The translations under genes and the position numbers were made by a program. A stretch of 64,000 nucleotides of DNA from Candidatus Kerfeldbacteria bacterium (GTDB taxonomy: Bacteria; Patescibacteriota; Patescibacteriia; SBBC01; CAIJZX01), in contig JACPSJ010000001.1 in NCBI GenBank assembly GCA_016193315.1, forward strand, positions 663,478 through 727,477, in the 5' to 3' direction. Under the pieces are notes generated by a model. It worked only from the letters and a program-made list of their open reading frames with translations. It was not told the origin of the DNA and ran no database searches. Below are positions 1 through 9,583 of the stretch, piece by piece. Within the stretch, counting starts at the first letter, position 1, and every line of letters starts with the position of its first letter.

Positions 1-1
1 C

Positions 2-616
2 TCCAAAGCGACGGGGTGGTGGAAGGGGCTGGCCGCGCTCCTGATCCTGATCGGGACAGTGATCGTTGCCTACCCATTCATCCCGGCTATTCGTTTTGCT
101 CTCCTCAAACCATCGCCGGTTCTCCCCTACACTACCAAGCTGACGGACCGGCCGGCCGGCCAAACGGCCCTGGCGGCATTGCCAAGTCTGCCGGTCGTCA
201 AGAATAAGCCTGTACCGAGCGGCAATCGAATCGTCATCCCCAGCATCGGCGTCGATATGCCGATCCTCGAGGGCCCGACCCAGCGGGTGCTCGACCGCGG
301 TGGTATCTGGCATATCCCCAATACGTCCGATCCGATCCGCGGGGGCAACATGGTGTTATCGGGCCACCGGTGGCAGTACCTGCCACCGAGCAGCACCACC
401 CTCTACCTGCTGGACAAGGTCAAAGATGGCGAACCGATCATTGTTTACTGGCAAGGACAGGAGTATGATTATCGCGTCGCCAGTCGAGACGTCGTCAGCC
501 CGGACCGCGTTGAAATTCTGAATGACACCCCCCAACCAAAACTCACGATTTTTACCTGTACCCCACTCTTCTCAACCAAACAACGATTGGTTCTCTACGG
601 CGAACTCATTTCTTAA
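2..616 (+). CDS. Sortase family protein (5' end probably outside the window)
   Basis: N-terminal TM anchor and sortase triad motifs SGHR, TIFTCTP and downstream R (KQRL). Frame is open from position 2. Confidence 0.9.
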   Translation, partial: SKATGWWKGLAALLILIGTVIVAYPFIPAIRFALLKPSPVLPYTTKLTDRPAGQTALAALPSLPVVKNKPVPSGNRIVIPSIGVDMPILEGPTQRVLDRGGIWHIPNTSDPIRGGNMVLSGHRWQYLPPSSTTLYLLDKVKDGEPIIVYWQGQEYDYRVASRDVVSPDRVEILNDTPQPKLTIFTCTPLFSTKQRLVLYGELIS

Positions 617-626
617 CCACAGCCCT

Positions 627-1664
627 ATGCGCAGACGGTTTTTTTGGCGAATAACTCTTACCACGGCGATCTTGACCGTGGGGATAATGGTTAACTCAGT
701 CCAAGCGATTGAACCCGCCACTTCACTGACGGTCGCACCGACCGAGGCCGCCTTGACCGCCGACGGCAGTCAGGTTTTCACCGCCACCGCCCATCGCGCC
801 GACGGCAGTACCGAAAATGTCACCAGCGGCGCTACCTGGTCGACGAATGATCCGCAGGGCAGCCTGACCGGCTCAACCTATCAGGCTGGTAAAGCCGGGG
901 AGTGGCGCGTGCAGGCAGTCTTTGAGAGCTTGACTGCCCAATCATCGGTCACCGTCAAACCGGGGGCGCTCAAAGAACTCGCCATCAACCCCAACTCTGA
1001 TCCCGAGTTCATTGACCGCGATGCCAAACGCCGCTTTCGGACCCAAGGTTTTGATCAACACGATAACGTCGTGACGGGATTTACCGTAGTCTGGTCTGTC
1101 ATTGGCGACATTGGGGTGATCGATCAAGCTGGTCTTTTCACCGCCCAAAAAGTCGGCACCGGCAAGATTCAGGCTGCCTCAGGACAGGTGGTGGCACAGA
1201 TTGCAGTCGTGGTCAATGAACCTCCGACCGCCAATGCCAACACAAACCAGAATGGTAATGTCAACGCCTCGGCCAATGCCAACATCGCCAAGGCGAATAC
1301 CAATGCCCGCGCAAACGCCAACACGAACCAGGGCCTAACGAACGTCAGCAACACCAACGCTGCGACCGGCAGCCCGGACACTGACCAGTCGACCCGACAG
1401 TGTAAAACCTTGGCCAATTGGTTGTGGGTTCTCATTCTGATCGTCTTCCTACTCGGCGTAGCCATCCTCTATGCTCTGGTGCCGGTCACCAAGATTTGGC
1501 CAGCCATTGTTGGCTTGGGCGGGGCGATTGTGCTGATCGTCGTCCAACGTAACTACGGCTGTAATCTTCTGTCCTGGTGGGCCTGGGTCATGTCGCTGGG
1601 GACACTCGGCTTGACCGTCTTGGCCCTACGCCAGATGCCGTCGCCGAAACCGCCCTCACCGTAA
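627..1664 (+). CDS. Secreted Ig-like-domain surface protein with Asn/Ala-rich linker and three C-terminal TM helices
   Basis: Signal peptide MRRRFFW...VQA, two Big-like repeats (LTVAP...ATWS; LAINP...VVWSV), NANTN low-complexity tract, hydrophobic C-terminus. ATG 627 follows the sortase stop. Confidence 0.75.
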   Translation: MRRRFFWRITLTTAILTVGIMVNSVQAIEPATSLTVAPTEAALTADGSQVFTATAHRADGSTENVTSGATWSTNDPQGSLTGSTYQAGKAGEWRVQAVFESLTAQSSVTVKPGALKELAINPNSDPEFIDRDAKRRFRTQGFDQHDNVVTGFTVVWSVIGDIGVIDQAGLFTAQKVGTGKIQAASGQVVAQIAVVVNEPPTANANTNQNGNVNASANANIAKANTNARANANTNQGLTNVSNTNAATGSPDTDQSTRQCKTLANWLWVLILIVFLLGVAILYALVPVTKIWPAIVGLGGAIVLIVVQRNYGCNLLSWWAWVMSLGTLGLTVLALRQMPSPKPPSP

Positions 1665-1725
1665 GCTGATCTCAATCATCAACCGCGCACCACGGCTACC
1701 AGACCGATGGCGGTGCTAAGATAAC

Positions 1726-1755
1726 CGCGGACCCCGCCTGAAGCGGGGGTCGCGG
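1726..1755. repeat. GC-rich palindrome between convergent genes
   Basis: ccgcggaccccgc-ctgaa-gcgggggtcgcgg imperfect inverted repeat. Confidence 0.6.
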
Positions 1756-1760
1756 TGTCG

Positions 1761-2579
1761 TTAGGAATTGGCCAACCAGATGAGAATAGCCACGCCGGCC
1801 ACAATCCGATACCAAGCAAACGGAGCGTACGAGCGCTGGCTGACGTAGCGCAGCAGGAACCGAATGGTCAGATAACCGACGACCGCTGCTGATAGCGCGC
1901 CGAGGATAAATGGGACGACGGCCACTGATGGGAGGGGGCCGGTCCAAAGATCATAGATCTTCTTTATCCCGGCGCCGGCGATGATTGGCATGGCCAAGAG
2001 GAAAGACAGGCGGGCGGCCGCCGCGCGGTCGAGACCGAGGAGTCGGCCGACTACGATGGTCGCTCCAGAGCGAGACACTCCCGGCAACAGGGCGATCGCC
2101 TGGCCAAAACCAACCAAGAGCCCATGCATCCAGGGCAGTTCTTGAAGACCTCGCCAGACCCGAGCTTTGGCGTCAGTCCAAGCCAAGATAATACCGCCGA
2201 CGACCAGTGCTCCGGCCACCACCGACGGCGAGCGGAGGTTGGCGTCAATGGCTTGTTCCCCGAGCACGCCGGCCACCGCCGCCGGGATCGAGCCGATGAC
2301 CAGCAACCAGGCCAGGCGTTGGTTGTCATCGGGTTGGCTTTTCGTCCGCCTAAACGACCGAACCCAAGCGATAACCAGGCGGCGGATGTCGGCCCAGAAG
2401 AATGCCACCAAGGCCAGCAGCGTCCCAAGGTGGAGAGCGACATCGAAGACCAGATCATCACCGACCGAAAAATCTGTTATACTGTGGAGCAGGATCAAAT
2501 GGCCTGAACTCGAGATGGGGAGAAACTCGGTCAGACCCTGGACACCGCCAAAGACTATCGCCAGGAGTAAATCGTTCAC
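1761..2579 (-). CDS. uppP: Undecaprenyl-diphosphate phosphatase (BacA)
   Basis: QGLTEFLPISSSGHL and PGVSRSGATI motifs; polytopic membrane protein. Confidence 0.95.
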   Translation of the reverse strand: MNDLLLAIVFGGVQGLTEFLPISSSGHLILLHSITDFSVGDDLVFDVALHLGTLLALVAFFWADIRRLVIAWVRSFRRTKSQPDDNQRLAWLLVIGSIPAAVAGVLGEQAIDANLRSPSVVAGALVVGGIILAWTDAKARVWRGLQELPWMHGLLVGFGQAIALLPGVSRSGATIVVGRLLGLDRAAAARLSFLLAMPIIAGAGIKKIYDLWTGPLPSVAVVPFILGALSAAVVGYLTIRFLLRYVSQRSYAPFAWYRIVAGVAILIWLANS

Positions 2580-2581
2580 CA

Positions 2582-3028
2582 ATGCTGCCTCACCTCGTCC
2601 TCATCCCCTTGGTAGCCGGGATCGGGACGCAAGTCATCAAATTTATCATACAGATTGTGCGCGGGGAATTTGCCTGGTCGCGGCTGCAGGAGTACGGCGG
2701 CATGCCGTCGGCCCATACTGCTTTCGTGGTCTCCCTGGCCGTGACGGTCGGTCTGCACCTTGGCTGGGACTCGGCCGAGTTTGCTATCTCGCTTATTTTC
2801 GCCTTGCTTATTATCCGCGATGCGATCGGTCTCCGTCAATTCCTTAGCCAGCACGGTAAGATCCTGAATATGCTGATCAAGGATCTCCCGGACGATGTCG
2901 AAAGAAAATATCCGCACCATCTAGAGGAACGATTTGGCCACACCCCGCTCCAGGCGTTGGTGGGCGGGTTGATCGGGCTGGTCGTAGCGCTCTGGCTACA
3001 CGACGTTGTCCCTGACTGGTGGCCATAG
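2582..3028 (+). CDS. Divergent PAP2 / DUF212 family membrane protein
   Basis: GGMPSAH, RDAIGLR and ERFGHTPLQ motifs; ATG at 2582. Confidence 0.88.
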   Translation: MLPHLVLIPLVAGIGTQVIKFIIQIVRGEFAWSRLQEYGGMPSAHTAFVVSLAVTVGLHLGWDSAEFAISLIFALLIIRDAIGLRQFLSQHGKILNMLIKDLPDDVERKYPHHLEERFGHTPLQALVGGLIGLVVALWLHDVVPDWWP

Positions 3029-3895
3029 CTAGTCTTGGCAGTTCGGGCAATAATGCGTCCCCCGCCCGGCCAGGGTCGTTTTGATGATCGCCCCCCCACA
3101 CCGCCGGCAAGGCTGTCCGCCCCGGCCGTAGACCCGCAAGAATGGCCTCATCCCGCCCCGACCGCCATCGGTTCGGCGGTAGACGTAGGCACTCGTTCCT
3201 CGGTGTTTGATGGCCAAGGCCATGACATGCCGCAGGCCGCGGTAGAGGGCCCGCCGTTCACGGCGCGTCAGCGAGGCGATTCGCCGCTGAGGTCGCACCC
3301 GGGCGAAGTGGCAGGCTTCATCGGCGTAAATATTACCGACCCCGGCCACGACCGTTTGATCCATCAGCGTCGGTTTCAAGCGTTTTCGCCGATGGTGCCG
3401 CAGGAGATCTAGAAAAAGTTCGACGGTGAAATCATCAGCCAGCGGTTCCGGCCCATACTCCTGCTCTTCGAGCCACTGTTCGAGTTCCGATGTTTTGACC
3501 AGCTTCAGGTGGCCGAACTGGCGCTGGTCATTAAAAAACAATGTTCCGGTTGAGGCACCAATGATGACGTGGCTGTATTTATTCGGCCAGCCGGTCGTCC
3601 CCTGGGGGATCGGATGCCCACCGACCCGCAGCCGGCCGCGTCGCGGCCGCCAGATCAGCTGACCGGACATCTTGAGATGGATGACCAGCGTCCACCCCGA
3701 AGACAAGTCGATCAGCACCAACTTGGCCCGACGATGAACGTGTCGGATGGTTGAGCCGAGCACGGCTCGTCTCAGGCGAGGGACCGGTAGCTTAACAATT
3801 TTCGGTAAAGACACAGCCACGCTTCGAACCCGAGCTCCCGGTACGACCGCTTGAAGCTCGCGGACGATGGTCTCCACCTCCGGTAGCTCTGGCAT
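3029..3895 (-). CDS. mutM: Formamidopyrimidine-DNA glycosylase
   Basis: MPELPEVET start, HLKMSG, GVGNIYADE, C-terminal zinc finger CRRC...CPNCQ. Confidence 0.97.
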   Translation of the reverse strand: MPELPEVETIVRELQAVVPGARVRSVAVSLPKIVKLPVPRLRRAVLGSTIRHVHRRAKLVLIDLSSGWTLVIHLKMSGQLIWRPRRGRLRVGGHPIPQGTTGWPNKYSHVIIGASTGTLFFNDQRQFGHLKLVKTSELEQWLEEQEYGPEPLADDFTVELFLDLLRHHRRKRLKPTLMDQTVVAGVGNIYADEACHFARVRPQRRIASLTRRERRALYRGLRHVMALAIKHRGTSAYVYRRTDGGRGGMRPFLRVYGRGGQPCRRCGGAIIKTTLAGRGTHYCPNCQD

Positions 3896-3900
3896 CTGCT

Positions 3901-4218
3901 CTACGAGAACAGACTGGCGTCGATCGGTTCCCAGCGGTCCCCCACCCGCTTGAACACTTTCAGCGTAGCGGTTTCCTCGTCTGGGCTGTACTCATATTGG
4001 ACTTTTGATCCGCTGCCGACCCGATGTCCGCCGATGGCTCGTTTGCCGACTATCCTCGGGTGAACCTGAAGCTCGCACCGGACATGCCCGAGCGGCCCCT
4101 GAAACTCAATAAATTCCCTCGTCCCGGGACGATCGTCGAATGATTCACGGCCCTCGGCCACGACCGTGAACTTATCCTTGACCAGGCCCACGAAATCCTG
4201 CCACCGTTCGCGAGTCAT
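3901..4218 (-). CDS. Hypothetical protein
   Basis: 105-aa ORF fitting between neighbours, with a -10-like TAATACT just upstream of the ATG. Confidence 0.7.
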   Translation of the reverse strand: MTRERWQDFVGLVKDKFTVVAEGRESFDDRPGTREFIEFQGPLGHVRCELQVHPRIVGKRAIGGHRVGSGSKVQYEYSPDEETATLKVFKRVGDRWEPIDASLFS

Positions 4219-4294
4219 CCCGTTAGAGTATTAGCGAGTCGAAGTTCTTTGCTCGTCAAAGGCATGCGGCCCAATAAAGTTCGCTCGAACGGGG

Positions 4295-5056
4295 TCATGG
4301 CGTCATTTCCGGTCTGGTGGCCGACGTCATCTTGCCATTGAGCAAACGGTGCATCATCACCGTCCAGTCGACTTTCACGATCGCGTACATCACCAGGATC
4401 ACTGCCACGAGGCTGCCCAGCTGACTGAACAAAGCCAACGGCGAGGTGGGTGGCTGTCCGCTGAGCACCGGTTCCAAGGTGCTACCAAAGAATGCCACCG
4501 CCAACCCAGCAATCATTTTCCCCAACCAAGCCGGCCAGAGCAACTTCCAGACCGGGAAACGAAGCATACCCAGAGGAATGAACAACACGTCGTCAGGCAG
4601 CGGCAGGCTGGAAAAAAGGAACAACAGCCACATGACTGAGGTTGGTCGGCCGCGAACGATCCGATCCAGCGCATCGTAAGCCTCCGGTTTGGCTCGCTGA
4701 AACCGGTGTGACCCCCACCGACCAATGAGGTAGCCGGAGAATTCGCCGAGCACCGCCCCGGTCCCCGTCAGAACGCCCAGCCAGATCGGATCAAGCCCGG
4801 TGGTGGCCAGGAAGAAGATGGCCACCGTGTACGGAAAAACGATGATGATCGTTAAGTTCCCGACCAGGGCCGCCATGAAGGCGCCAAAATATCCGTACTG
4901 GATGGCCCACGCCGTCCAGGCATCAGTCACCCGCGTATACCAGTCGGCCACGGCCGGAATACGGTAGATGCCGATGACCAAAACGATGAGGCTAGCGAGG
5001 ATCAGGAGCGTGACACGCTCGGCCCGGCCGAAACGGAATGGTTTAAAGTGAATCAT
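4295..5056 (-). CDS. DedA/VTT (SNARE-associated) membrane protein
   Basis: GAVLGEFSGYLIGR and PLPDDVLFIPLG motifs. Confidence 0.85.
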   Translation of the reverse strand: MIHFKPFRFGRAERVTLLILASLIVLVIGIYRIPAVADWYTRVTDAWTAWAIQYGYFGAFMAALVGNLTIIIVFPYTVAIFFLATTGLDPIWLGVLTGTGAVLGEFSGYLIGRWGSHRFQRAKPEAYDALDRIVRGRPTSVMWLLFLFSSLPLPDDVLFIPLGMLRFPVWKLLWPAWLGKMIAGLAVAFFGSTLEPVLSGQPPTSPLALFSQLGSLVAVILVMYAIVKVDWTVMMHRLLNGKMTSATRPEMTP

Positions 5057-5071
5057 GTGCCGTAGCGGTCT

Positions 5072-5174
5072 GTATTCCTGACTCCCGCGATAGCGGGAGG
5101 AAGGGTCTCAGGCACCGAAAAGGCTGGTGTGGTTCCAGAGATCTTTCGCTACACTCCGTTCCGCTCAGGAATAC
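5072..5174. repeat. Composite palindromic intergenic repeat
   Basis: 10-bp terminal IR gtattcctga/tcaggaatac, inner gaagggtctc/gagatctttc arms, nested tcccgc/gcggga hairpin. Confidence 0.7.
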
Positions 5175-5209
5175 GGGTTTGCTTGGATTCTGAGAGAAGG
5201 TGATAAAAA

Positions 5210-6496
5210 TCAATGTTTCAAAAAAGGATTAGCTTTGGGGTCATAATACTTCCGACCCTCAAGTTTTTTCGGCAAGTAGTCCTGCTTCCCTTCCTGGCCC
5301 GGGTAATTGTGGGGGTACTTATAGCCCTGGTGATAGCCCAACTCCTTCATCAGCTTGGTCGGCGCGTTGCGGAGATGGAGCGGTACCGGTTCGTTGAGAG
5401 TCTTCTTGACTTCTGTCAGGGCCTGGCCATAGGCCACATACGTCTCGTTCGACTTTGGACAGGTCGCTAAATAGACGGTGACGTGGGCCAAATTGATAGC
5501 ACACTCTGGCAAACCGACCAGGTCGCAAGCCTGCATGCAGGCGACCGCCAGCGGCAAAGCGTGGACATCGGCCATGGACACATCTTCCGAAGCGAAAATG
5601 ACCATCCGCCGGGCGAGAAAGAGCGGGTCTTCCCCGGCGGCGAGCATCCGGCCCAGCCAATACACGGCGGCGTCTGGGTCCGACCCGCGCATCGACTTGA
5701 TGTATGCCGAAATGACGTTGTAATGCTCCTCGCCTTTCTTATCGTACAGCAAATGCGGTTTTTGGTATGCCTCGGCCACTGTTTTCAGAGTCACGGCCTT
5801 CTCCCCTTTAGCCGCCGGCGTGGCCTTGACGGCAATCTCCAGCGTGTTGAGCGCCGCTCGCGCGTCGCCGTTGGCGGCGGTGGTCAACAGTTCCCGCGCC
5901 GCTGGCTCCACACTCACTGCTTCCTGGCCGTATCCTCGTTCCGGATCAGTCAAGGCACCCGAGATAATCGCCTCGAGGTGTTCCGGCTGCAAACGCTCGA
6001 GGACAAAAACTTTGGTTCGCGAAAGGAGCGGACTGATGACCTCAAAACTAGGATTTTCGGTGGTGGCCCCGATCAGCGTGACGATACCGTTTTCGACGTA
6101 CGGCAATAATGCGTCCTGCTGGGCTTTATTCCAGCGGTGGATTTCGTCGGCGAAGATAATCGTCCGTTGACGATGGAGCTTCCGCCGCTCGGCCGCCTCC
6201 TTGACGGCCGTCAGTAAATCATCCTTGCTGCTCAAGACCCCGGACAAGGCGACGAAGTACGATTTCGTCTGATCGGCAATAATCCGGGCCAGGGTTGTCT
6301 TGCCGCTGCCTGGCGGGCCCCAGAAGATAATCGAAAACAACTCATCGTTGTCGATCGCTTGCCGTAGGATCGTGCCGGCACCGACCACCGTTTCCTGACC
6401 GACGAATTCGTTCAGCCGCCGCGGTCGCATCCGGTCGGCTAACGGCGCCCCGGTCGCGATCTCCGCCGCCAACCGGGCCGAAAACAAGTCCGCCAT
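5210..6496 (-). CDS. rarA: Replication-associated recombination protein A (MgsA AAA+ ATPase)
   Basis: PLADRMRP, GPPGSGKTT, DEIHRWNKAQQD, GATTENPSF, SAYIKSMRGSD, VPLHLRNAPT. Confidence 0.96.
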   Translation of the reverse strand: MADLFSARLAAEIATGAPLADRMRPRRLNEFVGQETVVGAGTILRQAIDNDELFSIIFWGPPGSGKTTLARIIADQTKSYFVALSGVLSSKDDLLTAVKEAAERRKLHRQRTIIFADEIHRWNKAQQDALLPYVENGIVTLIGATTENPSFEVISPLLSRTKVFVLERLQPEHLEAIISGALTDPERGYGQEAVSVEPAARELLTTAANGDARAALNTLEIAVKATPAAKGEKAVTLKTVAEAYQKPHLLYDKKGEEHYNVISAYIKSMRGSDPDAAVYWLGRMLAAGEDPLFLARRMVIFASEDVSMADVHALPLAVACMQACDLVGLPECAINLAHVTVYLATCPKSNETYVAYGQALTEVKKTLNEPVPLHLRNAPTKLMKELGYHQGYKYPHNYPGQEGKQDYLPKKLEGRKYYDPKANPFLKH

Positions 6497-6543
6497 AGAC
6501 TGGTAGTATACCATACCAACAACCGCCGCCTTTTCTGACCGCC

Positions 6544-7059
6544 CTAAGACTTCAACCCCAGCGCCGCCGGCAAGTCCAGAATTGACGGGATGAGCAAATC
6601 CGGTTTCGCCCGTTCGAGTTCCTGACGGCGGTCAAATCCGGTCAGGACTGCGCCGGCTTGGAGACCAGCTCGACGACCGGCCTCAATGTCGCTAGCCAAA
6701 TCGCCAACGTACATGGCCGCCGCCGGATCGAGACCAAGTTCGATCACGGCCTGGCGGAGTGCTTGCGGTTTGTCGTAGGCTTCGCCGCTGACCACATCGA
6801 AGTGGTCACGCAGTCCCCCCTCGGTGAGCACGGCTTCCAGGCTATCGGTGCTAATGTTGCTGACTACGCCCAAACGACAACCGGCCTGCCGGAGGCGGCG
6901 GCACGCTTCGTTCAATTCGTTCGGCGCCTGAGCGATGACCGGGCTGAGCGTGCCGCTCCAATCAAACAGTACCGCCCGGAGACTGAACCAGCGGTTAGTG
7001 CCCGAAGCGCCGCTGGCGAAGGGCGAATTCCCGGAGGGCGTCGTCGAGATCATGCTCAC
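6544..7059 (-). CDS. Capless HAD-superfamily hydrolase
   Basis: FDWSGTL, VVSN, KP and YVGDLASDI motifs. Start uncertain because it overlaps the uppS 3' end. Confidence 0.75.
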   Translation of the reverse strand: MSMISTTPSGNSPFASGASGTNRWFSLRAVLFDWSGTLSPVIAQAPNELNEACRRLRQAGCRLGVVSNISTDSLEAVLTEGGLRDHFDVVSGEAYDKPQALRQAVIELGLDPAAAMYVGDLASDIEAGRRAGLQAGAVLTGFDRRQELERAKPDLLIPSILDLPAALGLKS

Positions 7060-7687
7060 TGAACTCCGGCCAATGCTTCTTGGTGAAGTAGAGTTCGCTG
7101 TACACTCCTTGCCAAGCCAAGAAGTTGCTCAGCCGCTGCTCGCCAGAGGTGCGAATGATCAGGTCAGGATCCGGCTGATGGGCCGTGTAGAGCCGCTCGC
7201 TGATCGAGGCCTCGGTGATCTTTGACGCGTCGCGGGCTTCTTTCATCAGTTTCTTGACCGCGTCGACGATCTCCGTTCGACCGCCGTAGTTGATGGCCAG
7301 CTGGAGCGTGCCGCGGGTGTTGTCCTTCGTCTTTTCGACCGCCGCTTGGACGCGCTTCTGGAGCCGCTTCGGTAGACCGGTAATCCGACCGATAACGGCA
7401 ATGCGGACGTTCTTCCGGTGGAGATCGTCAAGGTCTTTGGACAGGCCTATTTCGAGCAGACGCATCAAGTATCCGACTTCGCGTTTCGATCGGGCCCAGT
7501 TCTCCGTCGAAAAAGCAAAAACCGTCAGGACTTCAATCCCGCGGTCAAGGCACCAATCGCCGGCCTTCTTCAAAACCGTATACCCCCGGCGGTGGCCTTC
7601 GAGCGGCGGCAAGCCGTGCCGTTTGGCCCAGCGCCGGTTGCCGTCCATAATGATGCCGAGATGCTTTACGCCGTGATTCAATACCAT
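6995..7687 (-). CDS. uppS: Undecaprenyl diphosphate synthase
   Basis: HLGIIMDGNRRWA, FAFSTENW, NYGGR, DLIIRTSGEQRLSNF, RRFG. Confidence 0.97.
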   Translation of the reverse strand: MVLNHGVKHLGIIMDGNRRWAKRHGLPPLEGHRRGYTVLKKAGDWCLDRGIEVLTVFAFSTENWARSKREVGYLMRLLEIGLSKDLDDLHRKNVRIAVIGRITGLPKRLQKRVQAAVEKTKDNTRGTLQLAINYGGRTEIVDAVKKLMKEARDASKITEASISERLYTAHQPDPDLIIRTSGEQRLSNFLAWQGVYSELYFTKKHWPEFSEHDLDDALREFALRQRRFGH

Positions 7688-7817
7688 AGCGACAAAACGC
7701 GTAAGGAGTAGTATGTCACGGGCGCAGATAAAGAGCAAGGGCGGCTGGGCTATTGACTTTGCGAAGCCGACTAGTTGCACCTGGTCGAATTTACTGAACG
7801 CCACGCGAACCTATTTT

Positions 7818-7938
7818 TCCGGCGAAGCCGGATCCGGCTCTGCCGGAGAGGGCGAAATTTAGCCTGCGGGCGGGCGGAAGGGGGTTCAAGGGGGCCGCCG
7901 CACCACTTCGGGTGCGGGGTAAAAATTCCGCCCGCCCG
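7818..7938. repeat. Nested palindromic intergenic element
   Basis: IR cgggcgggcggaa/ttccgcccgcccg enclosing ccgcacc/ggtgcgg, preceded by hairpins ccggcgaagccgg and tccggctctgccgga. Confidence 0.7.
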
Positions 7939-7959
7939 TCGTCGCCTTTTCCGATTTTT

Positions 7960-8826
7960 TTAGGACTCTTTTCCAACCGCCTTTGGGTTTCGTATCTCGC
8001 TCCGCGAGATGCGCCGCTTTTCAAAGATAAGCGCTTGCCCCGCCCGCCAATTCATCCCGGTCTGAACGAGGACCGCGATGACGTCTGCCGACAAGAGCGA
8101 GAGCAAAAACACGTCGATGGGCACGGGCAGAAGTTTTCGGCCGACGCTCACCGTGATCACGATCCCGGCCACCAAGGCCCCGAACACGTATTTCCAAGCG
8201 CGGTTGGCTGGCGAAGTGACCGGTTCCGGCAACATGACGAGCGCAAACAGCAGCACCGTGCCGTCAACCAGTTGTCGCAGAACGGGGCCGATCTCGCCGA
8301 CGACCAATCCAATCCAGCTCGTGTACACGATCAGAAAGGTGGTCGGCAGCCAGAGCCGGCGCAGTCGCCGGAGGACCGGCACCATGCCGATCAACAGGAT
8401 GGCGCTCGGAATCCACGACCACGACACCGCCCACCACGCGACGGGCAACCCGAACAACACGCTGGCCAGCACGATCCCGAAGGCGGCCGGGTTGAACCAG
8501 TGCCTCCGAATCGGCCAGAGCAGGAACTTCGACCCGCCGCCGATCACCGCCGCCGCCAGGATCGGCCAGACCGATCCCCAGGGCGAGAGGTTCAGTCCGA
8601 CGAGCAACGAGGTGACGAGTGCTGACGCCGGGAACTGCGGCCGCCCCCGCCATCGGAAATATGCAGCCGCGCCGATCGTCCCCACGGCAATGGTCGCTAG
8701 GGGGACGAAAAAAGTTCGCGGATCACGAAAGTGCGCGATAGCGGCAACCCAGACCGCGACGAGCACGAGCGTCACTTGATGACGAACGTCGCGACGGAAC
8801 CAGGCTAAGAGGAAGGATGTGTGCAT
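7960..8826 (-). CDS. RnfD/NqrB-like membrane protein (stand-alone)
   Basis: SALVTSLLVGL, GSKFL...HWFNPAAFG, FALVMLPEPVTSP. Confidence 0.8.
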   Translation of the reverse strand: MHTSFLLAWFRRDVRHQVTLVLVAVWVAAIAHFRDPRTFFVPLATIAVGTIGAAAYFRWRGRPQFPASALVTSLLVGLNLSPWGSVWPILAAAVIGGGSKFLLWPIRRHWFNPAAFGIVLASVLFGLPVAWWAVSWSWIPSAILLIGMVPVLRRLRRLWLPTTFLIVYTSWIGLVVGEIGPVLRQLVDGTVLLFALVMLPEPVTSPANRAWKYVFGALVAGIVITVSVGRKLLPVPIDVFLLSLLSADVIAVLVQTGMNWRAGQALIFEKRRISRSEIRNPKAVGKES

Positions 8827-8910
8827 GTTTTAAATGGTCGTCCTTGGTGGACGACGCTCGAACTATGATACTCGAAACGGGGGTTGATGTCTCGTGGTTC
8901 GCGCGTGCCC

Positions 8911-9462
8911 TTAGGCTGACTGATCACCCACAGGAGTTAGAGGAGGTTGAGGCATGGGCGGTCTAGCACTTTCTATTTTTGAAAGTGCTTCCTCGAGACT
9001 CTGCGTTGTTTCTTGAAAGTTCGTGGTAATGGCAGTAACGTCCTTTTTCGAAAAGGTATGCAACCGTTGATCTACTAGGTCGATAAACTGCACTGGTGTG
9101 GCATCTGAAACATTCTCGTTTAACGACATCTCTCCAGGAGGAGCTATAATCGCGTGTTTTGCAATCCGGAAATAGCCGTTGACTTTCCGTAAGCCAACCA
9201 CAATAGCGTCTATTGGAATATCTGGTGGCAGTTTCTCTTTGTTCCTTTCCAGCAACTCAACCTTTTTACCAAGCATTGTTATTTTCCTTCGGGGTGCTAA
9301 CCCAATCCTCTTGAGAATTTCATCTACGAGTAATTCGCAGGTGTTCGACTGGACGATAATATTTCCGATGAAAGGGTATATCTTTTCATATATATAGCGG
9401 TCGAGACCACTTGGCCCTTCGCCAACTTTCTTGATGTAAAACCATTCCTGTGGTTGATGCAT
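8911..9462 (-). CDS. Hypothetical protein, AT-richer than flanks
   Basis: 183-aa ORF with no recognised motif. Confidence 0.6.
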   Translation of the reverse strand: MHQPQEWFYIKKVGEGPSGLDRYIYEKIYPFIGNIIVQSNTCELLVDEILKRIGLAPRRKITMLGKKVELLERNKEKLPPDIPIDAIVVGLRKVNGYFRIAKHAIIAPPGEMSLNENVSDATPVQFIDLVDQRLHTFSKKDVTAITTNFQETTQSLEEALSKIESARPPMPQPPLTPVGDQSA

Positions 9463-9583
9463 TGGAGTTTATGCGATGAGATTCCAGGTCGAGTCTCGCT
9501 ACATCTCCTCGATTGACTGGCGAATAGTCTAACATTAGTAAACATTTGTCTCAATCTTGTCTGAACTCAGCTCCGATCAATGT

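Noticed and set aside
1228-1360. Asn-rich tract as a tandem DNA repeat or contingency locus
   Set aside because: Codons vary, so it is protein low complexity rather than a DNA-level repeat array.
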